Positions 12,301 to 25,140 of a stretch of 64,000 nt of DNA are shown one piece after another; position 1 is the stretch's first letter, and the number at the start of each line of letters is the position of its first letter. Origin of the DNA: Mizuhopecten yessoensis (Eukaryota); contig NW_018408321.1 of NCBI RefSeq assembly GCF_002113885.1, positions 212,471 through 276,470 on the forward strand. Reading direction: 5' to 3'. The notes beneath the pieces are model-generated. The model did no database searches. It was not told the DNA's origin and saw only the letters and a program-made list of their open reading frames with translations. The position numbers were made by a program, and so were the translations under genes.

Positions 12301-15300
12301 ACAAACTGATTGTCCTAATAATCATCTTAATGTCATAGTTAGTAACAAACTGATTGTCCTAGTAACAAACTGATTGTTCTAGTAATCATCTTAATGTCAT
12401 AGAAACAAACTGATTGTCTTAGTCATCATCCTTATGTCATAGTTAGTAACAAACTGATTGTCTTAGTAATCATCTTAATGTCATAGTTAGTAACAAACTG
12501 ATTGTCTTAGTAATCATCTTAATGTCATAGTAACAAACCAATTGTCCTAGTAATAATCTTAATGTCATAGTAAAAAACTGATTGTCATTGTGATCAACTT
12601 ACAACTTAGACAAAAGCATTAAAATAAAATCAAAAATAAAAGAAGCCAATGGCTACTTTGGCTACTGACAGCATGAGCCCAGATAGTAACAAACTGATTG
12701 TCCTAGTAATCATCTTAATGTCATAGTAATCATCTTAATGTCATAGTATTAAACTGATTGTCTAAGTAATCAACTTTATGTCATAGTAACAATTTGATTG
12801 TCATTGTGATCAACTTGATGTCCTAGTAACAAACTGGTTGTCCTAGTAACAAACTGATTGTCCTAGTAATCATCTTAATGTCATAGTTAGTATCAAACTG
12901 ATTGTCCTAGTAATCTATTCAACTTTATGTCATAGTAAAAAACTGATTGCCATTGTGATCAACTTACAACTTAGACAAAAGCATTAAAAGCCACGTCATA
13001 GTAACTGAACTGATCGTCATAGTGATTAACTTTATATGTCATAGTAACAAGCTGATTGTCCTAGTAACAAACCTAATGTTGTTGTAACAAATCAACTGTT
13101 ATAGTGACAAACCTCATGTCATGGAGACAACCTGACGGTTGTAGTGATAAACCCTTTGTAATGTAATATTGATAAATCCTTATATCATAGTAACAAAACT
13201 GCTGTCATAGTGACAAATCTAATGTCATGGTAATAACCTGATTGTTGCAGCCAAAAACCCACACAGTTATGTCATAGTGATAATTTCTAACAATAGGTAG
13301 TAATAAGTAATAGTAATAAAACATACTGTCATAGTAACAAACCTTATGTTGTGATGAATCCTAATGTCATAGTGATAAAAAGCTACTGTTATATTGATAA
13401 ACCTGAAGCCATAGCGACAGGCTTACTGTCATAGTAACAAATCTATATAATAGATAAAAACTTTACATCAAATTAAACCCTGTGTAAGTAATAAGTTGAA
13501 TGTCATAGTAACAATCCACCTGTCATAGTTACAAACCTACTGTTATGATAACAAATTCAATGGCATAAAAACAAACCTATCATTACATAGTGACATCCTG
13601 CTGTCATAGTGGCAAACTGTCATACATATAGCAACAAACCGTCCTAATGATAACCTGCTGTCATATTGGCAAACTGTCATACATATAGCAACAATCCTTC
13701 CTAATGAAAACCTGCTGTCATAGTGGCAAACTGTCATACATATAGCAACAACCCGTCCTAATGATAACCTGCTGTCATAGTGGCAAACTGTCATACATAT
13801 AGCAACATAACTTCCTAATGATAACCTGCTGTCATATTGGCAAACTGTCATACATATAGCAACAAACCGTCCTAATGATAACCTGCTGTCATAGTGGCAA
13901 ACTGTCATACATATAGCAACAAACCTTCCTAATGATAACCTTCTGTCATAGTGGCAAACTGTCATACATATAGCAACAAACCTTCCTAATGATAACCTGC
14001 TGTCATAGTGGCAAACTGTCATACATATAGCAACAAACCTTCCTAATGATAACCTGCTGTCATAGTGGCAAACTGTCATACATATAGCAACAAACCTTCC
14101 TAATGATAACCTGCTGTCATAGTGGCAAACTGTCATACATATAGCAACAAACCTTCCTAATGATAACCTGCTGTCATAGTGGCAAACTGTCATACATATA
14201 GCAACAAACCTTCCTAATGATAACCTGCTGTCATAGTGGCAAACTGTCATACATATAGCAACAAACCTTCCTAATGATAACCTGCTGTCATAGTGGCAAA
14301 CTGTCATACATATAGCAACAAACCTTCCTAATGATAACCTGCTGTCATAGTGGCAAACTGTCATACATATAGCAACAAACCTTCCTAATGATAACCTGCT
14401 GTCATAGTGGCAAACTGTCATACATATAGCAACAAACCTTCCTAATGATAACCTGCTGTCATAGTGGCAAACTGTCATACATATAGCAACAAACCTTCCT
14501 AATGATAACCTTCTGTCATAGTGGCAAACTGTCATACATAAAGCAACAAACCGTCCTAATGATAATCTGCTGCAAAACTGTCAAACATAATAATTTCATT
14601 ATATCAAACCTTGAAAATTCTAAAAAGTTTTTCATATTATATTACTTACATTGATGTTAACATACATAAAACACATATGATAATCAAGTTGTGACATGTA
14701 AGCTATTGAATATTTCTTGTAAGAAATTTTCTAAGGGAGAAATATTATCTGAATAAATATCTTAACTGATTGATTTACTTAAATATGATATTTTTGCAGC
14801 AAGAGGCTTCAGATAGACAGGGTAGACTTGAAGTTGAACAGAGAAGTCTTGCTGAAGCCCTAACTACCTCAGAAAGGAGATTCAATGAAGAAAAAGGTAG
14901 ATCGATTGGGGTAGAGTATCATGCCAAACACCTCTCATCTGTTAGATGTTTGATTTAGATTTACCAACTCAAAGTATAAAAAAAACCTTGTGAATTGTGA
15001 AACCTTGTGAATTGTGAAAAACTAGATACCATTTTAATAAATATTTGATTTGAAAATTGCAATTTCTTTTGAAATTTGTGTATTACAACCAGTGATATGG
15101 CATCATCAGGATCTTCCATTACCTTAACTGTCAAATTTGTTTCATTTTTGATCAATTGTTATTTCCCACATTCAGATTTTGTATAAATGATTCACTCTTA
15201 TTTTTCAGCCAAAGTTTCTGAGATATCTATCCAGATGAAAACACTGAAGAGTAACGCTGACTTAGCCAAACAGGAACTGACAGAGTACAAGGAGAAGGCC

Positions 15301-18300
15301 ACACGGATCCTACAGGTATTATACTGTGTTTGGTTTACCTGTTTAAACATAGATGTATCACTTATCTTACCTTAATGGTGTTAATTTACCATTGATTCTG
15401 GTGAAAGCTTCAAGTATAAAGGCTTATTGTGATTATAATGATCAATTTTTATAATTCATGTGTCAAGACAAACATATTCAGGTTTAAATGTTCTTAAGGT
15501 ATGCGTTATGACTTATTCATAAAACTTAATGCTAAACAATACTATAGCAAATGTATACAGACATGTTTCAGTATCTAAACTTATTATGACTTGTGTGGGT
15601 ATAACTAAACTGTGTGTGAGAAACTTTAATATCTATCAATTCCTCACCATTGTAGTCCAAGGAGAGACTGATTGCCAGTCTAAGGGAAGGGTCGGGGGCT
15701 GCAGGAGAGATGGCTGGAGTCTCCAGTCTGGAGTATGACTCGATCAAACAGGAGAGGGACATGTTTAGGGACGAGCTACAACAATCCCGGATGACTGTGG
15801 ACAGTCTGAGGGTAGAACTGCAGGTAAAGTTAGATAGATCTGGACAGTTACCAATCACTTTCTTCTGGATTATTTATCATGGCTCACAACAGGTAGTTGA
15901 GAAACTAAAGTGACAACATGCATTCTATTTGCTCAAACTGCAAGACAAGGGCCGGTTCAAAGTTCAACAAAATCTATGAATATGACATTCAATTTCCCTA
16001 AACATTATAGAATTTATTCTCACTAGGAATGTACTCCATAAAGGCTATACTCCTGTAAAGTTAAAAAATGAGAAGAACTTGTGCTCATTCCATGAATTTG
16101 CTCATTAAACATTGAATATTTCAAGAAAATTCCATAATAAATATTTTTCATTTGCGATATGAAAGTCATTCAGATTCACTTAAAATTTGTTATATACCAG
16201 AATAATGATATATGAAAGTGTCATTCAGAATCTGTCCAGTTGTACTTCTCTATCTACTGTGTAAATGGTACTGTTGAAAAATAAAGACCTGCCTCCGAAG
16301 TAAGGAGGCAAGCGCCTTACATGTATTGTATAGACCACAGGGGTCCCTTCCGTCCTTATCAAGGGGAGTGCTAACCTTCTCTCCTTTCTTACAACACACT
16401 GGTTAGATATGATCTTTATGGTTTTATACCAAAAGATCACTGTATTATGAATATTGGTGTAATTAAATCTTAATAATGATATATGTTATTTGTAAATAAA
16501 AATTCAAATTTGGTACAACTGTTTCTTCAAATATCTAGTGTTAACAAAGATATTAAAAAGTAATTTATGGTTAGTTTATTATCTGATCATATGGTGTCCA
16601 CAATTTAGAAAGGTGGAATTTCTTTAAAAAAATGTAAAAATGCGAATATCTTATGTATGGGGAGATAACTCTAGCTTAACTCCCCTTGTCATGTTTGTGA
16701 AGTGTTGGGGGGGGGGGGAATGGCTATATTTATGCATTTAAAATATACTGTGATTTTTTTCATTTCTTTAGAAAAGAAATTATGCTAATTCATCATACCA
16801 GTATTTAATTTTCACAATGCACTATTTCAATTTTGGTGATGGAGCTTCATTGAAATCGAATGTGTTTATTCTGATATGATTTAATTATCTTTAACAGGAA
16901 AATGATGCTATTTTCTTAAATGTTTTAAACTTGTGTTATGGTCCAATTTTGAATCTATATAATAATTCTTATTCATGATTAACTTCATATCCTGTATTTC
17001 AAAAGGATTACATTTCAGAAATAATATAAATGTTCTTTTGTAAAGAAAATTTATTTTAAAAAATGTCTTAATAATACATATATATATTATATATATGAAA
17101 ACAGACACAAAAAGTAAGAATCTTCAGATAACACTCTTTCAGTTTTACTTTAATAGGTATTTTTATTTAAACATTTTAGAGAAATGGGTTAAAATGAAGA
17201 TTTGAAAATAAACCTGACTTATGCCAGTCAACTGTACGTTAATATGTCTGATGTCCATGGTGGAGATTAATATTCCTTATGTTTGTGTATTTTTTTGTCA
17301 GGATCTGGAGGGGCAGCTACAGCGAGATAGTGATGAGGCAAATGACCAGCTGCGAGCTTTAGAGGACAACCTTCTGGTGGAGAAACGTCGACGGAAGGAG
17401 GCCGAAACAGAACTGCTCAAACAGAAGCAGGTACGTCAGTCAAGATAGTACTTAATTAAGGTGTTCGGTTCATTAGGATCTACCAGCACTTTGAAATAAA
17501 AGTTCTTTTATGAAGTTAATTACATATAAATAGTGCCCTATATAACTGATGAAATTTCTCTAATGTGCTTTACAGTACACATAGTATACACACAATGTTT
17601 AACAGTTGTACAGTTCTAAAGTACTTTGCATACATATATTATTCAAAGGATCAAAAGCTAAAAGTTTCTTCTGAAAAACTAAAACACATGCTTGAAAAGG
17701 TTTTAGTCAATTCATATTTTATTTTGACTTTTGATGTTTTTTTCCCCCAGGAGATGCAATATTCAATAGAGGAGATTCACAAACAAAAGGGAACGTTTCA
17801 GAATTGTGTTAGAGACAGAGAACTTGAAATTGAAAAACTCAGAAATCAGGTATGCCTCCGAATGTTGTGATGTATGTGGAAAAAACATTCAATGACTCAA
17901 GCTCCCATGATTAATTATTAAGGATTTTCTGCAGCAAACTATGGATATTTTGCTGATTATAAAGTGATAAATATTTTAAACCATTTATAGCAAAAAGGAA
18001 CTACTATTTTTTTTGAAATGTGGTAGATGCTTTTCATTTAATTCATCAAAGCAGGTTATCGTTCATTCTAAGATGAGTAATACTACATACAATATATCTT
18101 CGTGTTAATCTCTCACTAGGTAACACTTGTATTGTGAAGTTCATGAACATATTTAAGAATTGAGAAAGCTTTAATTGCTTAAATTAATGGTTATGGAAGT
18201 TATTAATGTGAATGTGTGTTTTTGTAGCTCGCAACAAAGTCCATGAGTTCTACATCTGAGAATGAGCTAGAATCTCGCGTCAAGTCCCTCACTGAGAGCC

Positions 18301-20235
18301 TCATACAAAAACAAACAGTGTTGGAGGCCTTGAGTACAGAGAAAAACTCACTTAACCTGCAGCTGGAGAGACTTGAGGTAAGGGTCAAATCAACATTTGT
18401 TTTGTAGTACAATTATGGTGCAGACAATAATTTGTGGAAGAAATTTCTAAAAAATGAAGTTGTTCTATATGTATGTTTAAGACATATTTGACAAAAAAAA
18501 TGAAAGATCTTTCTGGTACATGTATACAAATTTGAAATTAAAGTCTGATTCTTTAGACATTACTGGTAGTATTAGATTTGTTCTAATAAAAGGCATTTTT
18601 TTCATTAAAGGCTTAAGTTTTTAGATGACTTTTTCTATTATAAATAAGGTTTTGTAGATGAATATTTACATTGTAAGGTATGTTTTGTAAATGAATATTT
18701 ACATTGTAAGTTGGGTTTTGTAGTTGAATATTTACATTGTAAGTTGGGTTTTGTAGATGAATATTTTTACAATGTAAGTTGGGTTTTATAGTTGAATATT
18801 TATATTGTAAGTTGGGTTTTGTAGATGCAGTATAAAGATGTCCAGGCTTCGTCCCTTAGGACCAACACTGCTGTTGTTCACGTCAATGATGATGAGGAAG
18901 GTACAACAATTGATACATCCTTTTGTACCGTATCTTTTTGTACCGTATCTTTTTCCACTCCAACTTTGTTTTTCCTATCACATGTCACATCATTTATATA
19001 TTTTTTTTCAGACATAATAGATTCTAGCAAATTTAAGCAATAGTTGAAAAAAATGTGTTCTTTCCAACAACTTTTACATATTATAGTTATCAGTTATAAA
19101 TCTAGTAGTAGTCAAAACAATTTCATCAGATAGAATTGAAGCAAATGGTTATTGAAATGAAAATTTGGGGCATGATTTACATTACTTTTATACATGTATG
19201 TTATATAGTGTGTTAATTTCAGCAGCATATGCAAAAAAACCAAAAAAAACCAGCTAAAACATTTATGGAAAAGTATAGAACAAAAACTGCATGAAATGTT
19301 TTAAAATGTATTTACAAGTAAGTTTGTGTGTGTTAGCAGTGCGACAGAGGCTGCCAGCTTTCATGCGTGAAACAGCCACTGACACAGAAGTGACAAAAAA
19401 GATGAAGCGTGCTGCCAACTCTATTGATAAACTAGGGTGAGATTGTCAGGGGTTGTAGTGGTAAAAGAGGTAGAGCTGATATATTTTATACCACATGTCC
19501 TTTTCCTAGAAACGTTACATTTTACATACTTTTCATTTTCCGAAGATCTCTTTTTGCATTTTTTTTATTAATCTTTACAGTATGTTTTAAAAAAGTCTCA
19601 ACATATTCGACATCTCATGTGTTATATAAATAATATCCTTAAAATTTGCTGTGTGTTCTGAAAAAAATCTTTGATTTCTCATTTTTCCTTTTCCAGTATA
19701 CGCCTCGGAGTTTTCCTGAGAAGATACCCCATTGCCAGAGTATTTGTGATATTATACATGGTGAGCTACATGGTGTAAACCAGTTCCTTACCTCATTCAC
19801 CCCTGAAGACACTTTTGAATTATTCCAATTCAAAGGTTGGAATAGTTCATTATGAAACTTCAGGGGTGAATGAGTTAAGTCTGTACGAGATATGAATGAG
19901 GTATCTTCCTGAAATGTCACACCTTTAACAGGCTTGTTATAAAGTATACATATTGTATGTCTAAATGTAGATGTTAAGAATTACGATATTTCACTCTTTA
20001 GATGAACTAATCTTGCACCTGATGTTTTTAAGGGAGAATTATTCTGTCACAAATTTCATTACTTAAATGTATTTCACTGATGATCCTCATTCTGCACATT
20101 TACACTTTGATTGAAATGTGTCTGTCATTTTAGGCAATGCTGCACCTATGGGTGATGGTTGTGTTGTTGACGTACCAGCCAGAGATGCATGGGGCTGACC
20201 ATGGACAGCCATTACCTCCCCCTGGTGCTCACTGA
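9395..20235 (+). CDS. GOLGA5: Golgin subfamily A member 5 (golgin-84), about 764 aa, complete, 14 coding exons
   Basis: Exons: 9395-10010, 10214-10459, 10878-11097, 11895-12018, 14800-14896, 15209-15315, 15656-15823, 17302-17430, 17751-17849, 18228-18377, 18825-18900, 19340(or 19337)-19436, 19697-19760, 20134-20235 (TGA). N-terminus MSWLSGLTGNVEELLNKIDQSA, coiled coil with KDSQLAVLRVRLEEAD and LTESLIQKQTVLEALSTEKNSL, and C-terminal TM region GIRLGVFLRRYPIARVFVILYMAMLHLWVMVVLLTYQPEMH, all diagnostic of golgin-84. Confidence 0.97.
10558..10750. repeat. 35-bp tandem repeat, about 5 copies, GOLGA5 intron 2
   Basis: AAACATGCTTGTATTGTAAAAATCAAATAATTAAC units at 10561, 10596, 10631 and onward. Confidence 0.85.
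11082..11695 (+). repeat. 49-bp tandem array containing the exon 3 end and 5' splice donor (about 10 copies plus degenerate tail)
   Basis: Unit AATCACACAGGAACAG|GTAAGCTCCCTCTGGGTACTGTTACAGGGTGTC; the first copy is the true exon/intron junction at 11097/11098. Confidence 0.9.
12026..13560. repeat. About 20-bp monomer / 40-bp dimer minisatellite, degenerating rightward, GOLGA5 intron 4
   Basis: Alternating TGTCATAGTAACAAACTGAT and TGTCCTAGTAATCATCTTAA, beginning about 7 nt after the donor. Confidence 0.85.
13590..14575. repeat. Homogeneous 57-bp tandem array, about 17 copies
   Basis: Unit GCTGTCATAGTGGCAAACTGTCATACATATAGCAACAAACCTTCCTAATGATAACCT; source of the 19-aa-repeat ORF 13543..14535. 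Confidence 0.95.
16277..16397 (-). ncRNA. RNU6ATAC: U6atac minor spliceosomal snRNA
   Basis: Minus strand: GTGTTGTAAGAAAGGAGAGAAGGTTAGCACTCCCCTTGATAAGGACGGAAGGGACCCCTGTGGTCTATACAATACATGTAAGGCGCTTGCCTCCTTACTTCGGAGGCAGGTCTTTATTTTT. The first 50 nt are near-identical to vertebrate U6atac as I recall it (AAGGAGA box, GGTTAGCACTCCCCTTGA). It has a 3' stem-loop TGCCTCC-TTACTTC-GGAGGCA and a T5 Pol III terminator. Confidence 0.95.
16422..16465 (-). promoter_or_regulatory. Type-3 Pol III promoter of U6atac (TATA box plus putative PSE)
   Basis: TATAAAA at 16428-16422, which is -31 to -25 from the +1 G at 16397. PSE-like TACACCAATATTCATAATAC at about -64 to -45. Confidence 0.75.
18649..18827 (+). repeat. 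33-bp tandem array (5 full units plus a final partial unit) containing the 3' splice acceptor of GOLGA5 exon 11
   Basis: Unit GTTTTGTAG|ATGAATATTTACATT|GTAAGTTGG starts at 18649, 18682, 18715, 18748, 18783 and 18816; the last provides the real acceptor. Confidence 0.9.
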
Positions 20236-21561
20236 CAGATACAGGGTGCTGGCACTCACTGACAATGACAGCAGTCCTGATCATGTGACGGTGTACAGAT
20301 GTGTTGACAGTTTACATCAACAAGGGGAACAACTCTATCACTTCACATAAGCATGACTATTCGAGGGGTGTTGGAAGCTCCTTATTCTACAGATTGGGTC
20401 CGAATTTATTTGTACCCTAATTTTAAGAATCAGAACTTGTTTAACTTAATACATGTATCATCACAAGGTATGCATGAAGCACAGGAGATATATAAAGTTG
20501 ATACTTTCAGAACCTCATTGTTCCTGACATTGATGATCTGGAAAATTCTCATTGGGATGATTTTTTTTTAAAACCTTTTTAGACATTTGACAGAGTTAGA
20601 AGCTTTGTAAGCAAATGTTTTCATCGAATACCATGAGTACTTAAATTTAATAAATTATCAGTGTGGAGAAAAGAGGTACCCTGATAATGTTTTTTGAAGT
20701 ATTGTAAGTCAAAGGTGCCCGATGCATAAAGACATTGGTTATAACCTTAATGATGGACATTTATATTATGGCTGATAGACTAGTATGCATCTGTTCAGTT
20801 TGTTAAACCCTTAAAGTTCTGTGTTACGCTGGGAGTATAGAGCCATGCAATTGCATAAAATATAGGAGTATGATGAAAGGTTTCAATCACAGCATGCTCC
20901 AAGCATCACTTATATGTAAGGTCTTTATTCGGCTGTCTAGATTTGCCTCCAGATGTGAGGCCTCATTGGGACAATTTTAACTTACAATTTTTGTTTTCCC
21001 TGAAATACTGTTTTGTTATCATGTATACTGAAATTCTTATAACACAGTCTATATAGTTTGTTCTGTATATTGAAAACGTTTTGATGGAAAAGAGATCTAA
21101 TCTTTCATGATTGTTCTCACTGCAACTTATTCACGAGAATTCATTTTATGGAAGACCATCAACAGCTAATTGTACATTGCTTCTTTATATCAGATTACAT
21201 CCGCACATCAACAAGCTCGAGTTTATTGTCACAAATTAATGTGACAATGATGATATCTGGTGAAATGTGTTTCAGTCTTAATGTGTGTATTAGAGATAAG
21301 GTTTAGCTGTAAATTATTTTTTCTATGGATTAACTTTCGTAGTATTGCTTAATTTTTAATTATCATTTTAAGTCCATCTAAAATAAAGTGAGTTTACAGA
21401 GTGCAGTGTAATCAATTATGTCCTCAAATTGGGACCTCGGTCTTAAAATTCCCAAGAACTTAAAGTACAAGATTAATGGGCTGAAGTCATTATTCAAATA
21501 AGTGCAACATTAAACTGCTTCAGTTGGCACCCACACAGGGACCTGAGAATTTGTTACAGCT

Positions 21562-21755
21562 GTATTTGGACCTAAACTAGGGTGTTCAGAGTGATTTAAC
21601 ATGCTTGGGGTGGCATTTTTACTGAAAGTTGATCTAAACCCCTAAAACATGTAAAATCTCACACCATCATTGGGAGTGGCATTTTTACCAAAAGTTGATC
21701 TAAAGTGCTAAAACATTTAAAATCACTTAGAGCACCATAGTTTAGGTCCAAATAC
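21562..21755. mobile_element. MITE with about 36-bp TIRs and an internal direct duplication
   Basis: GTATTTGGACCTAAACTAGGGTGTTCAGAGTGATTT ... AAATCACTTAGAGCACCATAGTTTAGGTCCAAATAC; internal GTGGCATTTTTAC..AAAGTTGATCTAAA present twice. Confidence 0.75.
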
Positions 21756-22333
21756 CATTTAGCATAGTCAATATGAATGCCAAGTTGAAACCTCAAATCC
21801 AAGGAAGCATGCAGGCAATTCCTTTAATTTTTTTTCAGTTTCCAGTAAACACTGGTATGGATTGTAAATAGTAACAGAACAGTTTCTCTGTGTTTATGTT
21901 TACTATTTTCATATAAGTGGATGACATGGAAAGTTAAAATTATTTATTATCATAGGTTAGCTATTAGTTCAGATTTGAATATTTTTTATGTATGTATGTG
22001 ATGTTAATTGATGCATCAGCCATCATCCAGCAAGGATCGGTAGTATCCCTTCACTACAGTAGTGATGACAGTGTCTATATTTGGGCCTTGGCATTCAATG
22101 TCAACTTAGTTTGGTAGGGTTATGTTGCTATTATCATGCAATGGTAATATGATGGTTTTTATTTATGTCACTGGTGTGTGATTTTTTGATCAAGTAAATG
22201 GTGTTTAAGGACATTATACTGACAAGTACATTTTGTTTATGTTGCCTTTTAATAAGAGAGATGTATAGAATTAAAATGTATGCATATATTCTTTAGATCA
22301 TGTACATATAATCAAATAACAGACAACTGTAAA

Positions 22334-23060
22334 TATTACATTGATAGTGTTGCTGTATGATTACATTGACACAATTACGTTGATAGTGTTGCTGTATGAT
22401 TACATTGACACGATTACATTGATAGTGTTGCTGTATGGTTACATTGACACGATTACATTGATAGTGTTGCTGTATGGTTACATTGACACGATTACATTGA
22501 TAGTGTTGCTGTATGATTACATTGACACGATTACATTGATAGTGTTGCTGTATGATTACATTGACACGATTACATTGATAGTGTTGCTGTATGGTTACAT
22601 TGACACGATTACATTGATAGTGTTGCTGTATGATTACATTGACACGATTACATTGATAGTGTTGCTGTATGATTACATTGACACGATTACATTGATAGTG
22701 TTGCTGTATGATTACATTGACACGATTACATTGATAGTGTTGCTGTATGATTACATTGACACGATTACATTGATAGTGTTGCTGTATGATTACATTGACA
22801 CGATTACATTGATAGTGTTGCTGTATGATTACATTGACACGATTACATTGATAGTGTTGCTGTATGGTTACATTGACACGATTACATTGATAGTGTTGCT
22901 GTATGGTTACATTGACACGATTACATTGATAGTGTTGCTGTATGGCTACATGGACACGATTACATTGATAGTGTTGCTGTATGGTTACATTGACACGATT
23001 ACATTGAAAGTGTTGCTGTATGGTTACATTGACATTGTGTTGTATGATTACACCGATACA
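22334..23060. repeat. 39-bp tandem array, about 18 copies
   Basis: Unit ATTACATTGATAGTGTTGCTGTATG(A/G)TTACATTGACACG. Confidence 0.95.
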
Positions 23061-23699
23061 ATGTCACTGTAGGATACAGTTTTTCCATTGATCTGTGATA
23101 CCTGGTTTTATTACTGTGTGCATGTCACAGGTGGCATGCCACGATTTTATACACAGGAATATTTTAGGTCCTCATTTTTTGAGAAGACCAATATCAAGAC
23201 TATACACCACAGTTTTGAGCATTCTGAGCATAAATACATTGGTAATACATTGGTATCAGCCAGATACAATCCTGATTTACTGCAGTTTGACTGCTCTGTG
23301 GCTTTTTAGCTGTCTTTTCATTTTCCACAACTTGTATTTATTTCTGAGTTAAATTTCCCATTTATTTAACAGTAATGTTTATATAATGGTTCATTGTGTG
23401 TAAAATACTGTTTCTTTACAAACTAAGCGAAACATTCATGAAAAGGGTCTACATGGAGGTGTCCTTTAAATACAGTTTATTCACTATCTGCAGCAATTTC
23501 TGTTGAACATGCTTTAAAGACAGATTTTCTTCTTTATATAGGTTTTACTGTGTACATTCTCCTAACAAATCATATCAATTGTTAAGCAAGGTGATGTATA
23601 CATAAACACAGGATTTAGTACATCTGCTATTTTAATGTCCACGACCGGTATTTTAATCACAACTGCAGCTGATTCCTGGGATGTGATTGTCAGTCAACA

Positions 23700-25140
23700 G
23701 ATTTGTTACCGTTGCATACAGATCAGAGAGGTCAAGATTAGAGGTGTACACGTTATAGGTGATTATCCACCGACAGCCTTGTTACCGTAACATACAGATC
23801 AGAGAGATCAAGGTTAGAGGTGTACACGTTATAGGTGATTATCCACCGCCAGCCTTGTTACCGTAACATACAGATCAGAGAGATCAAGGTTAGAGGTGTA
23901 CACGTTATAGGTGATTATCCACCAACAGTCTTGTTACCGTAACATACAGATCAGCAACGTCAAGGTTAGAGGTGTACACGTTATAGGTGATTATCCACCA
24001 ACAGTCTTGTTACCGTAACATACAGATCAGCAACGTCAAGGTTAGAGGTGTACACGTTATAGGTGATTATCCACTGACAGCCTTGTTACCGTAACATACA
24101 GATCAGAGAGGTCAAGGTTAGAGGTTTACACGTTATAGGTGATTGTCCACCGACAGCCTTGTTACCTTAACATACAGATCAGAGAGGTCAAGGTTAGAGG
24201 TGTACACGTTATAGGTGATTATCCATTGACAGCCTTGTTGTCTTAACATACAGATCAGAGAGGTCAAGGTTAGAGGTTTACACGTTATAGGTCATTGTCC
24301 ACCGACAGCCTTGTTACCTTAACATACAGATCAGAGAGCTCAAGGTTAGAGGTGTACACGTTATATGTGATTATCCACCGACAGCCTCATTACCGTAACA
24401 TACAGATCAGAGAGCAAGGTTAGAGGTGTACACGCTATAGGTGATTGTCCACCGACAGCCTTGTTAACGTAACATACAGATCAGAGAGGTCAAGGTTAGA
24501 GGTGTACAGGTTATAGGTGATTGTCCACCGACAGCCTTGTTAACATAACATACAGATCAGAGAGGTCAAGGTTAGAGGTGTACAAGTTATAGGTGATTAT
24601 CCACCGACAGCCTTGTTACCGTAACATACAGATCAGAGAGATCAAGGTTAGAGGTGTACACGTTATATGTGATTATCCACCGACAGCCTCATTACCGTAA
24701 CATACAGATCAGAGAGGTCAAGGTTAGAGGTGTACACGTTATAGGTGATTATCCATTGACAGCCTTGTTACCGTAACATACAGATCAGAGAGGTCAAGGT
24801 TAGAGGTGTACACTTTATAGGTGATTATCCATTGACAGCCTTGTTACCGTAACATACAGATCAGAGAGGTCAAGGTCAAGAGCAGGTAACACATTACAAA
24901 TGATTGTCAGTCTACGTGAGTGTTTCCATTGCCTACAGATCAGCAAGGTCAAGGTTGAAAACAGGTGTACATGCTATATATGATCGTCCATCGACAAGCT
25001 TTGTTGCCGTAACATACAGATCACCAAGGTCAAGAGCTGGTGTACAAATTACAAATGATTGTCAGTCTACATGATTGTTGTTGCACCAGTTAACCTAAGG
25101 ATCAGCAAGGTCAGGGTTGAAGACAGGTGTATGTGCAAGT
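23700..25140. repeat. 76-bp tandem array, about 15 copies plus degenerate tail
   Basis: Unit TTGTTACCGTAACATACAGATCAGAGAGGTCAAGGTTAGAGGTGTACACGTTATAGGTGATTATCCACCGACAGCC; period 76 (23715, 23791, 23867). Confidence 0.95.

Noticed and set aside
13543-14535. 330-aa ORF (MTVCHYDSRLSLGRFVAIC)n
   Set aside because: By-product of a 57-bp intronic array antisense to GOLGA5; near-identical units and no independent coding signal.
22341-23072. 243-aa ORF (IVLLYDYIDTITL)n
   Set aside because: 39-bp satellite; starts at TTG and its main variant is non-synonymous; no gene context.
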